Positions 37,476 through 49,200 of a DNA stretch of 64,000 nucleotides are shown piece after piece. The DNA comes from Lepidodermella squamata (Eukaryota > Animalia > Gastrotricha). Numbering within the stretch: the stretch's first letter is position 1; every line of letters begins with the position of its first letter. Both the position numbers and the translations under genes were made by a program. Location: assembly GCA_047495785.1 (NCBI GenBank), contig JBLDXI010000074.1:1550001-1614000 (forward strand). Direction: 5' to 3'. The notes beneath the pieces were generated by a model that was not told the origin of the DNA, made no database searches, and worked only from the letters and a program-made list of their open reading frames with translations.

Positions 37476-38030
37476 TCGACTCGATTATTGGGGGTGATGA
37501 TTCGCCGAGCGCATCAGACCGTGTCCAGGGCGGCGTTGTGCAGCGGGGCGCAATCAATCGTGACGTGGAACTCGACAACAATGACTATCTTCCTCCCCTT
37601 ACTGATCCCGTACCTCCTTTCGCCAACCCGTTTCCTTCCATACCGGCCGCGGAAACAATGAAAAGGAAGCGTGGCCGTCCAAAAAAGGTGATGTTTAATT
37701 TGTCGCTTATATTTGTTAAATGAACTGTCTTTTTTTTTAAGGTAGTTGCTCCGCCATCAAGTGCTCCGTCATCAAAAGCTCCGCCATCTCGTGCAAATCC
37801 TCAGCCGGTTGCCGCGAAGAAAGCGAAACCGGCCAACGTACCGGCGCGAATTTATTCTAGCGACGCGAAACTGTTCATTCTACTGTTTTTCCGCGATAAT
37901 CTAGATTTGTTCCAAGGTGGAACCACGCAAAAGAGCACGCTATGGACGCGCTGTGCGGTTCTGATTCGACCACTGTTTGAAACTTTGAAAAATGTTAAAG
38001 GTTCCGAAATTTGTCAACGGTTTCGCACTC
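37476..38030 (+). pseudogene. Harbinger accessory protein fragment (AT-hook and Myb/SANT-like domain), with an intron at ~37688-37741
   Basis: KRKRGRPKK (AT-hook), then after the intron SSDAKLFILLFFRDNLDLF...KSTLWTRCA...EICQRFRT, which resembles a Myb/SANT (trihelix) domain. Confidence 0.6.
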
Positions 38031-38212
38031 GAGTTCAGAAACTCCCAGCTATACCGGAACGCCACTCAAAATTACAATGTAAGTTCGATTTATACCCTTT
38101 CACGTTTGAAGCAACGAAATGTTCATTACATTTGCGAAAAAATCACACAAAATTGCAATTTACGAATTTTTCAGGTGAACGGTGAAACTACTAATTTTTT
38201 GCTTTCATTAAG

Positions 38213-38674
38213 GAATTTTTTGGAGGTAATTCATTCTTACTGGGAGACTCTGGCTATCAGCCCCGACGCTGGTGTGTCACTCCATTCCGCCAAACCGATA
38301 ACATCACCCCCGAAGAACGGAATTTCAATTATCGTCACTCCGTCGCGAGAGTGATAATTGAACAGGCATTCGGGCTTCTCAAGCAAAAATGGCGGCGGCT
38401 CTATCACCTACAATTTCGCCTCAATATTCGGCCCAGTGTTCGTTTCACGAAAGCGATGTGTGTACTACATAATTTCGGCATCCGAGTGGAGGGTGACGCT
38501 TACAATAACTTGCCCGATGAAGACCCGTTGCCGGCTCAACTTCTCGAGGCAGATCTGCAACTACAAGATGATTTTCTCGCAAATCTCGCTAACCATGAAA
38601 ACGATGACGGGAATGCGGCGAACCAGGCGGAGGGCGAAGAAAGGCGACAGGAAATTATGCTAATTTACCTTTAG
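38213..38674 (+). pseudogene. Harbinger transposase (DDE_Tnp_4/HARBI1-like) C-terminal exon
   Basis: FLLGDSGY..R.WCVTPF...EERNFNYRHSVARVIIEQAFGLLKQKWRRL...CVLHNF. Confidence 0.9.
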
Positions 38675-39222
38675 AATGGCTTCTAGATGCTTGATTTATG
38701 CAAACGACAAGAATTTGCTTAATTTTCGAAAATAAAATAATGTTTTTTTCTAATTTTACTCGCAAAATAATTTCGAACAGATGTCGCCTCTTTGGCACTA
38801 TTTTCGTGAATAAAAACAGCTTGGCAACATTTTTACAAGTGTGTCGGACGCATTTCATATTTTTTTGTTTTTTTTTATTATTTTTTTCATGGCGATGAAA
38901 TAGACCCAATATTTCTCTCGATTTTCGCGGATCGTGCCAACGAAATAAAAAATGCTTACCCACGACGTTTGGCTAAAATAAAATCGTATCGGCTTCCAGA
39001 TTAATGAAATGCAATTTTAATTAACATTAACATGATTGGCGTACTTCTTGAGACACGAAAGGGAAAACTCAGCAATTGCGAAGAGAAAAACACGGATTTA
39101 AATCTGGTTGGTCACGTGCCACTAATCAAAAAAATAAATAAAATAAGTTACAACTTTGCATTTGAGATAAAGATATTAGTAAAAAGTTATTGATCAAATT
39201 TGCTGACAATAAAATGCCAATT

Positions 39223-40050
39223 TCTTGCTGCATGTAATTTTCTTACGCCGCTGCTGCGCTGCGCTTGCAGCGTGGCGTAATGGGCAGGTCCCATTGTCTT
39301 GCGTTGTCTTGCGGAAAAAAGGAGTTTTATGTTTTATATAGTAAAGGTCTAGTAAGAGCCAGCGGCTAGAAAAGCCAGTGGCCAGCTTGAAACATCAGAT
39401 CTCCCATTCAAAAGAGTCAAGAGTTCGAGTAGAGCAGCGGTCAGATGTTCGTGGCATTGAGTAAGTCACCCAGCCCTAGCTAGACGATCAAATCATGCAG
39501 TCAGCGAGATGATGCGTTTTCAATGTGTTCACTGCATGACACCAGCGGCGCGTTCGATCAGCTGTTCCCACAACTCAGTTTTACAAGCTCCCGCAAGATC
39601 TCTTGCTGCATGTAATTTGCTCACTAAATTGTCTTACGCTGCGCTTGCAGCGTGGCGTAATGGGCAGGTCCCTAGTTTGATAATTTTGATAACAGAAAAC
39701 CGAGAAAAGTGAGACCAACAATCTCAAAGATCACCGGGGCGTATTCGATTGGAATCCTAGGTTCTCAATTTCGGGAAGATGTGAAACGTTAGAAGGGCTG
39801 TCGAGGTCACTCTTTTCGCCTGGCTCGTTTGGAGAGGAAGCGGCCAGCTTGAAACATTGGATGTCAAATTTCCCCAACAGTGAAGAGTTCGAGTCCAGCA
39901 TCGGTCAAATGTTCCTGGAATTGAGAAAGTTACTTAGCAGCCAACCTAGCTAGAAGTTCAGAGCATGCAGTCAGCGTGACGATAAGCTTTTAATGTGATT
40001 CACTGACACCAGCGAGTATCGTCGCGGTCAATCCGCCGTCCCCACAACTC
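39223..40050. repeat. Old diverged tandem duplication (two ~380-450 bp units)
   Basis: TCTTGCTGCATGTAATTT..GCGCTTGCAGCGTGGCGTAATGGGCAGGTCCC occurs at 39223 and 39601. GGCCAGCTTGAAACAT...CCCACAACTC occurs at 39380-39576 and 39842-40050. Confidence 0.8.
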
Positions 40051-40170
40051 TAATGGGTATGTCCTGTGCGATACCATGGCTCAGGGGGACGTAAAATAAA
40101 TCGCATGACATCTTTCAGGGTACCTTCCGAGATCAATGCTGAAGGCCAAATTGGGTATTTGGCTGTTCGC

Positions 40171-40817
40171 AAATTCAAGTGCAATGTGTAACTTGGTGGA
40201 ACCAACGAATCCACAAAATCACCCTTGTGAGCATCGCCACGAATCGGCATCGTGCCCAAACCAGCCGATTCGGGCATTTTCGCGCTTCATTGGTTAGTGG
40301 CAGCAAGCGCAAACGCGTTGGCAGGCTATTCGCGGCCATTGCAGCTGACCGGTATTCCGCTGCCAGCCAAAGAATGCTGGAATCGCTGTATCCACCCTTG
40401 TACGCATCGCCACGAATCGGCATCGTGCCCAAACCATCCGAATCGGGCATATTCGCGCTTCATTCGGTAGCGGCAGCAAGCGCAAACGCGTTGGCAGGCT
40501 ATTCGCGGCCATTGCAGCTGACCGGTATTCCGCTGCCAGCCAAAGAATGCTGGAATCGCTGTAAACACCCTTGTACGCATCGCCACGAATCGGCATCGTG
40601 CCCAAACCATCCGAATCGGGCATATTCGCGCTTCATTCGTTAGTGGCAGCAAGCGCAAACGCGTTGGCAGGCTATTCGCGGCCATTGCAGCTGACCGGTA
40701 TTCCGCTGCCAGCCAAAGAATGCTGGAATCGCTGTATTCACCCTTGTACGCATCGCCACGAATCGGCATCGTGCCCAAACCAGCCGAATCAGGCATATTC
40801 GCGCTTCATTCGGTAGC
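40171..40817. repeat. Satellite head (48-bp unique leader) plus ~3.5 monomers of the 173-bp satellite
   Basis: AAATTCAAGTGCAATGTGTAACTTGGTGGAACCAACGAATCCACAAAA is followed by monomers, which break off at ...CATTCGGTAGC. Confidence 0.95.
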
Positions 40818-43226
40818 AGAACAGCAGCAAAGTCAAGAGGCGTGGCGAATGTTGGCTGCTAGGTTTAATCGTCTCAAACGCAGCAAACGACTTGGTACCC
40901 TGGTTGATCAAAAGACGGGGCTTGTAGCCACTGACGACAAGGCAAAAGCACAACTGATCGCGGCAATCTTCAGCAAAGTTGTAAGTGGAGCACCAGCCTC
41001 TTCAAAACGCCCAGAGGACACTGCGTTCTGGCAGCAGGTAGAGAGTGCGGTTGCATCTAACTCGTCAATAAAACCACTGGAAAGAATCCCCGAAGTGCTA
41101 CCAATAAAAATTTCCCGCTTCACAATGAGGCTGTTCATTCGTCGGCTTAAAAACAAAGCGCCTGGTAACGACAATATTCTCAACGCTGTCATAAAAAATG
41201 GCGGTCCAGGACTCCGTAGTCACCTGAAGTACGCGTTTGAATTGTGCCTTGCTACAGGCTATATACCGGCAGAATGGCAACTGGCGATCGTCGTGCCGAT
41301 CCTGAAGGAGGGAAAGGATAGCAGGCTCCCGGAATCATACCGCCCGGTGTCACTGTTGCCAGCCTTCGCGAAGCTACTAGAGTCACTGGTAGCCATGATG
41401 CTACAAAATTTCCTGGAAGCTCAGAGCCTGCTACCCGAGCATCAGTATGGATTTCGAAGACTCCGAGGCGCTGTCGACCCACTTTTTCGCCTGATTAGCG
41501 ATGCAGCCCTCGCCATGGCCCATCACAGCAAGCTCGTGGCTGTGTTCTTGGACTTCAAGGCCGCCTTCGATACGGTCTGGCACGCAGGGCTTATACAAAA
41601 ACTGATCGATTCTGGAGCCCCGGAGCCTTTGGTGCGATGGACAGCGAACTTCCTAGACGACCGATCGTTTCAGGTCCGAGTTGGAGACGAGCTCAGCGAA
41701 TCAAGAAAAATCGGCTGCGGTGTGCCACAAGGTAGCCCGTTGAGTCCGCTGCTGTTCATATTTTACTGCGCGGATATGCAGCCTCCGGAGTCAAACCCTG
41801 ACGACGGGAGAAAAGCGGTCGCCGCCTGGACCTACGCAGACGACGCCGCAAACTGGGCATGGGGCCCGCATTACGAGCAGTGCGTTGTAAGACTACAAGC
41901 CCGCCTCCGATCCACCGAAGCGTGGTGCGCGAAATGGCGTCTAGAACTTAATCCGGCGAAATGCGAAAGCATTCTAATCGGCCACACTGGCGCTTCGTCC
42001 CCGTCGGTTCTTCTCTCCATTGCTGGTCAACGAATCCCTCAAGTCAACGAAGTAAAATACCTAGGAATCACGATCACGGCGAAATTGTCGTGGGAACGCC
42101 ACCTCGACCGTCTGTCTGCGAAGACGAAACCGCGAGCTGCCTGCCTCAGAGGAATAAGTAGCTTGTAGGCGCATTGTCCCCAGCGATCTTTGCATCATGT
42201 TCAGCCGAGTCCTCATCGACAGCGTGCTCACATATGGATCTCCAGCCTGGTACTGTCTGCCAAAAACCTCCGAACTGCGCCTTTTCAACTTTCAAGCACA
42301 CGGGTTAAGAGCAGCAATGGATCTGCCATTTGAGTGCGATTCCTTCGGAGTCGTCGTCGAAGCGAAGGCGGCAGCAATCAGCGACGTCTTTGAGAAGCAA
42401 CTGGAGCGCTATGGCGAACGCTGTCTCACCGCGGACAATGGCATGAAAGAGTACTTGCAGTATATCGCCAGTCAGCAGCCTGATGCCTTCGGCAAGCGGA
42501 TGCTCGACCTACACTATCCAGCCTGGCACCTACGCCGCAATGTCGCCCCCTCAATGGCGCAAAATAAGAGAATCACAGATTTCTTCAACCCTCGATAGCC
42601 TTTACTGCCTTGTTTTATTGTTGCGTTCCCTTGTTGAGCCTTTAGGTCCTTGGAGCCCCTGTGCACGAGCCCTAAGCCTTCCCGAACCTGGAACGTAAGT
42701 CACGTTAAATGAGTCTCTGTAATTTCTTGTTCCAGAGCCTGAGCCTGAGCCTGAGCCCTGAGCCTGAGCCTGAGCCTGACATCTAACACCGGATTCTTGA
42801 GCCTGAGCCCTGAGCCTTTGAGCCTTCAGCCCTATGAAGAGCCTGATGTGATATGGGTGTATATATGCATCGTAAGCCGTTTTCAAATGAGTTAACCCCT
42901 GCCTTCGATCTTTTCAGAAAATCCGCCCTGAGCCCTAGCCACTATAGCCCTGAAATGAGCCTTTCAACTTGCCCGTCAAAGCCGCGAAGGTCGACCAACG
43001 AATCAACAATTTTCTACTTTTCTATTCAAACCAATATAAAAAACCGGCAAGAAAAAAAAAATATATATATAAACAATAACAACTATAAAAAACTCCTATG
43101 ATCGAGATACATGCGTGTTCGACTAGAGCCCTGATTAGCATGGGGGCAAGTTATTTCTGTAATCTTTCTAACTCATGTGCCTATAGCGTCGAAAGGCGGA
43201 GGGCCTATAATAATAAAACTACAACA
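40818..43226 (+). mobile_element. 5'-truncated or internally deleted non-LTR retrotransposon (Jockey/I-group-like RT) with 3' UTR and A-rich tail
   Basis: RT motifs KAPGNDNI, W..AIVVPILK.GKD, SYRPVSLL, QYGFR, FLDFKAAFDTVWH, GVPQGSPLSPLLF, YADD, VKYLGI. One frameshift at ~42166 separates the C-terminal LTYGSPAW segment (to 42598). No endonuclease or ORF1 is present. It ends taataataaaactacaaca. Confidence 0.92.
42734..42832 (+). repeat. (GAGCCT)n hexamer array in the LINE 3' UTR
   Basis: gagcctgagcctgagcctgagccctgagcctgagcctgagcctga, with further degenerate copies downstream. Confidence 0.9.
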
Positions 43227-43230
43227 TGCT

Positions 43231-46200
43231 AAATTCAAGTGCAATGTGTAACTTAGTGGAACCAACGAATCCACAAAATCACCCTTGTGAGCATCGCCAC
43301 GAATCGGCATCGTGCCCAAACCAGCCGATTCGGGCATTTTCGCGCTTCATTGGTTAGTGGCAGCAAGCGCAAACGCGTTGGCAGGCTATTCGCGGCCATT
43401 GCAGCTGACCGGTATTCCGCTGCCAGCCAAAGAATGCTGGAATCGCTGTATCCACCCTTGTACGCATCGCCACGAATCGGCATCGTGCCCAAACCAGCCG
43501 AATCGGGCAAATTCGCGCTTCATTCGGTAGTGGCAGCAAGCGCAAACGCGTTGGCAGGCTATTCGCGGCCATTGCAGCTGACCGGTATTCCGCTGCCAGC
43601 CACAGAAGGCTGGAATCGCTGTATTCACCCTTGTACGCATCGCTACGAATCGGCATCGTGCCCAAACCACTCGATTCGGGCATTTTCGCGCTTCATTCGT
43701 TAGTGGCAGCAAGCGCAAACGCGTTGGCAGGCTATTCGCGGCCATTGCAGCTGACCGGTATTCCGCTGCCAGCCACAGAAGGCTGGAATCGCTGTATCCA
43801 CCCTTGTACGCATCGCTACGAATCGGCATCGTGCCCAAACCAGCCGATTCGGGCATATTCGCGCTTCATTCGGTAGCGGCAGCAAGCGCAAACGCGTTGG
43901 CAGGCTATTCGCGGCCATTGCAGCTGACCGGTATTCCGCTGCCAGCCAAAGAATGCTGGAATCGCTGTATTCACCCTTGTAGGCATCGCCACGAATCGGC
44001 ATCGTGCCCAAACCAGCCGATTCGGGCATTTTCGCGCTTCATTCGTTAGTGGCAGCAAGCGCAAACGCGTTGGCAGGCTATTCGCGGCCATTGCAGCTGA
44101 CCGGTATTCCGCTGCCAGCCAAAGAATGCTGGAATCGCTGTATCCACCCTTGTACGCATCGCCACGAATCGGCATCGTGCCCAAACCAGCCGATTCGGGC
44201 ATTTTCGCGCTTCATTCGTTAGTGGCAGCAAGCGCAAACGCGTTGGCAGGCTATTCGCGTCCATTGCAGCTGACCCGTATTCCGCTGCCAGCCACAGAAG
44301 GCTGGAATCACTGTATTCACCCTTGTACGCATCGCTACGAATCGGCATCGTGCCCAAACCAGCCGAATCAGGCATATTCGCGCTTCATTCGGTAGCGGCA
44401 GCAAGCGCAAACGCGTTGGCAGGCTATTCGCGGCCATTGCAGCTGACCGGTATTCCGCTGCCAGCCAAAGAATGCTGGAATCGCTGTATTCACCCTTGTA
44501 GGCATCGCCACGAATCGGCATCGTGCCCAAACCAGCCGATTCGGGCATTTTCGCGCTTCATTCGTTAGTGGCAGCAAGCGCAAACGCGTTGGCAGGCTAT
44601 TCGCGGCCATTGCAGCTGACCGGTATTCCGCTGCCAGCCACAGAAGGCTGGAATCACTGTATTCACCCTTGTACGCATCGCTACGAATCGGCATCGTGCC
44701 CAAACCAGCCGAATCGGGCATATTCGCGCTTCATTCGGTAGTGGCAGCAAGCGCAAACGCGTTGGCAGGCTATTCGCGGCCATTGCAGCTGACCGGTATT
44801 CCGCTGCCAGCCAAAGAATGCTGGAATCGCTGTATCCACCCTTGTACGCATCGCCACGAATCGGCATCGTGCCCAAACCAGCCGATTCGGGCATTTTCGC
44901 GCTTCATTCGTTAGTGGCAGCAAGCGCAAACGCGTTGGCAGGCTATTCGCGGCCATTGCAGCTGACCGGTATTCCGCTGCCAGCCAAAGAATGCTGGAAT
45001 CGCTGTATTCACCCTTGTACGCATCGCCACGAATCGGCATCGTGCCCAAACCAGCCGATTCGGGCATTTTCGCGCTTCATTTGTTAGTGGCAGCAAGCGC
45101 AAACGCGTTGGCAGGCTATTCGCGTCCATTGCAGCTGACCCGTATTCCGCTGCCAGCCACAGAAGGCTGGAATCGCTGTATTCACCCTTGTACGCATCGC
45201 TACGAATCGGCATCGTGCCCAAACCAGCCGATTCGGGAATATTCGCGCTTCATTCGTTGGTGGCAGCAAGCGCAAACGCGTTGGCAGGCTATTCGCGGCC
45301 ATTGCAGCTGACCGGTATTCCGCTGCCAGCCAAAGAATGCTGGAATCGCTGTATCCACCCTTGTACGCATCGCCACGAATCGGCATCGTGCCCAAACCAG
45401 CCGATTCGGGCATTTTCGCGCTTCATTCGTTAGTGGCAGCAAGCGCAAACGCGTTGGCAGGCTATTCGCGGCCATTGCAGCTGACCGGTATTCCGCTGCC
45501 AGCCAAAGAATGCTGGAATCGCTGTATTCACCCTTGTACGCATCGCCACGAATCGGCATCGTGCCCAAACCAGCCGATTCGGGCATTTTCGCGCTTCATT
45601 TGTTAGTGGCAGCAAGCGCAAACGCGTTGGCAGGCTATTCGCGTCCATTGCAGCTGACCCGTATTCCGCTGCCAGCCACAGAAGGCTGGAATCGCTGTAT
45701 TCACCCTTGTACGCATCGCTACGAATCGGCATCGTGCCCAAACCAGCCGAATCGGGCAAATTCGCGCTTCATTCGTTAGTGGCAGCAAGCGCAAACGCGT
45801 TGGCAGGCTATTCGCGGCCATTGCAGCTGACCGGTATTCCGCTGCCAGCCAAAGAATGCTGGAATCGCTGTATTCACCCTTGTACGCATCGCCACGAATC
45901 GGCATCGTGCCCAAACCAGCCGATTCGGGCATTTTCGCGCTTCATTCGTTAGTGGCAGCAAGCGCAAACGCGTTGGCAGGCTATTCGCGGCCATTGCAGC
46001 TGACCGGTATTCCGCTGCCAGCCAAAGAATGCTGGAATCGCTGTATTCACCCTTGTACGCATCGCTACGAATCGGCATCGTGCCCAAACCAGCCGATTCG
46101 GGAATATTCGCGCTTCATTCGTTGGTGGCAGCAAGCGCAAACGCGTTGGCAGGCTATTCGCGGCCATTGCAGCTGACCGGTATTCCGCTGCCAGCCACAG

Positions 46201-49200
46201 AAGGCTGGAATCGCTGTATTCACCCTTGTACGCATCGCTACGAATCGGCATCGTGCCCAAACCACCCGATTCGGGAATATTCGCGCTTCATTCGTTGGTG
46301 GCAGCAAGCGCAAACGCGTTGGCAGGCTATTCGCGGCCATTGCAGCTGACCGGTATTCCGCTGCCAGCCACAGAAGGCTGGAATCGCTGTATCCACCCTT
46401 GTACGCATCGCTACGAATCGGCATCGTGCCCAAACCAGCCGAATCGGGCATATTCGCGCTTCATTCGGTAGTGGCAGCAAGCGCAAACGCGTTGGCAGGC
46501 TATTCGCGGCCATTGCAGCTGACCGGTATTCCGCTGCCAGCCAAAGAATGCTGGAATCGCTGTATTCACCCTTGTACGCATCGCTACGAATCGGCATCGT
46601 GCCCAAACCAGCCGAATCGGGCATATTCGCGCTTCATTCGGTAGTGGCAGCAAGCGCAAACGCGTTGGCAGGCTATTCGCGGCCATTGCAGCTGACCGGT
46701 ATTCCGCTGCCAGCCACAGAAGGCTGGAATCACTGTATTCACCCTTGTACGCATCGCTACGAATCGGCATCGTGCCCAAACCAGCCGAATCAGGCATATT
46801 CGCGCTTCATTCGGTAGCGACAGCAAGCGCAAACGCGTTGACAGGCTATTCGCGGCCATTGCAGCTGACCGGTATTCCGCTGCCAGCCAAAGAATGCTGG
46901 AATCGCTGTATTCACCCTTGTACGCATCGCTACGAATCGGCATCGTGCCCAAACCAGCCGAATCAGGCATATTCGCGCTTCATTCGGTAGCGGCAGCAAG
47001 CGCAAACGCGTTGGCAGGCTATTCGCGGCCATTGCAGCTGACCGGTATTCCGCTGCCAGCCAAAGAAGGTTGGAATCGCTGTATTCACCCTTGTACGCAT
47101 CGCCACGAATCGGCATCGTGCCCAAACCAGCCGATTCGGGCATTTTCGCGCTTCATTCGTTAGTGGCAGCAAGCGCAAACGCGTTGGCAGGCTATTCGCG
47201 GCCATTGCAGCTGACCGGTATTCCGTTGCCAGCCAAAGAATGCTGGAATCGCTGTATTCACCCTTGTACGCATCGCCACGAATCGGCATCGTGCCCAAAC
47301 CAGCCGAATCAGGCATATTCGCGCTTCATTCGGTAGCGGCAGCAAGCGCAAACGCGTTGGCAGGCTATTCGCGGCCATTGCAGCTGACCGGTATTCCGCT
47401 GCCAGCCACAGAAGGCTGGAATCGCTGTATCCACCCTTGTACGCATCGCTACGAATCGGCATCGTGCCCAAACCAGCCGAATCGGGCATATTCGCGCTTC
47501 ATTCGGTAGTGGCAGCAAGCGCAAACGCGTTGGCAGGCTATTCGCGGCCATTGCAGCTGACCGGTATTCCGCTGCCAGCCAAAGAATGCTGGAATCGCTG
47601 TATTCACCCTTGTACGCATCGCTACGAATCGGCATCGTGCCCAAACCAGCCGAATCGGGCATATTCGCGCTTTATTCGGTAGTGGCAGCAAGCGCAAACG
47701 CGTTGGCAGGCTATTCGCGGCCATTGCAGCTGACCGGTATTCCGCTGCCAGCCAAAGAATGCTGGAATCGCTGTATTCACCCTTGTACGCATCGCCACGA
47801 ATCGGCATCGTGCCCAAACCAGCCGATTCGGGCATTTTCGCGCTTCATTCGTTAGTGGCAGCAAGCGCAAACGCGTTGGCAGGCTATTCGCGGCCATTGC
47901 AGCTGACCGGTATTCCGCTGCCAGCCAAAGAATGCTGGAATCGCTGTATTCACCCTTGTACGCATCGCCACGAATCGGCATCGTGCCCAAACCAGCCGAT
48001 TCGGGCATTTTCGCGCTTCATTCGTTAGTGGCAGCAAGCGCAAACGCATTGGCAGGCTATTCGCGGCCATTGCAGCTGACCGGTATTCCGCTGCCAGCCA
48101 AAGAATGCTGGAATCGCTGTAGTCACCCTTGTACGCATCGCCACGAATCGGCATCGTGCCCAAACCAGCCGATTCGGGCATTTTCGCGCTTCATTGGTTA
48201 GTGGCAGCAAGCGCAAACGCGTTGGCAGGCTATTCGCGGCCATTGCAGCTGACCGGTATTCCGCTGCCAGCCAAAGAATGCTGGAATCGCTGTATTCACC
48301 CTTGTACGCATCGCCACGAATCGGCATCGTGCCCAAACCAGCCGAATCGGGCATATTCGCGCTTCATTCGGTAGTGGCAGCAAGCGCAAACGCGTTGGCA
48401 GGCTATTCGCGGCCATTGCAGCTGACCGGTATTCCGCTGCCAGCCACAGAAGGCTGGAATCGCTGTATCCACCCTTGTACGCATCGCTACGAATCGGCAT
48501 CGTGCCCAAACCACCCGATTCGGGCATTTTCGCGCTTCATTCGTTAGTGGCAGCAAGCGCAAACGCGTTGGCAGGCTATTCGCGGCCATTGCAGCTGACC
48601 GGTATTCCGCTGCCAGCCAAAGAATGCTGGAATCGCTGTATTCACCCTTGAAGGCATCGCCACGAATCGGCATCGTGCCCAAACCAGCCGATTCGGGCAT
48701 TTTCGCGCTTCATTCGTTAGTGGCAGCAAGCGCAAACGCGTTGGCAGGCTATTCGCGGCCATTGCAGCTGACCGGTATTCCGCTGCCAGCCAAAGAAGGT
48801 TGGAATCGCTGTATTCACCGTTGTACGCATCGCCACGAATCGGCATCGTGCCCAAACCAGCCGATTCGGGCATTTTCGCGCTTCATTCGTTAGTGGCAGC
48901 AAGCGCAAACGCGTTGGCAGGCTATTCGCGGCCATTGCAGCTGACCGGTATTCCGCTGCCAGCCAAAGAATGCTGGAATCGCTGTATTCACCCTTGTACG
49001 CATCGCCACGAATCGGCATCGTGCCCAAACCAGCCGATTCGGGCATTTTCGCGCTTCATTCGTTAGTGGCAGCAAGCGCAAACGCGTTGGCAGGCTATTC
49101 GCGGCCATTGCAGCTGACCGGTATTCCGCTGCCAGCCAAAGAATGCTGGAATCGCTGTATTCACCCTTGTACGCATCGCCACGAATCGGCATCGTGCCCA

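Larger units (their letters stand above)
37007..38907 (+). mobile_element. Internally deleted PIF/Harbinger DNA transposon, 1.9 kb, 25-bp TIRs, 3-bp AAT TSD
   Basis: AAT|GGGTCTATTTCACCGCCATGGAAAA ... TTTTTCATGGCGATGAAATAGACCC|AAT. It contains a Myb/SANT-like fragment and a transposase C-terminus. Confidence 0.92.

Noticed and set aside
43130-43200. Hammerhead ribozyme (CTGA...GAAA) at the LINE 3' end
   Set aside because: The core reads CUGAUUA rather than CUGANGA, and GAAA sits in a tetraloop hairpin.
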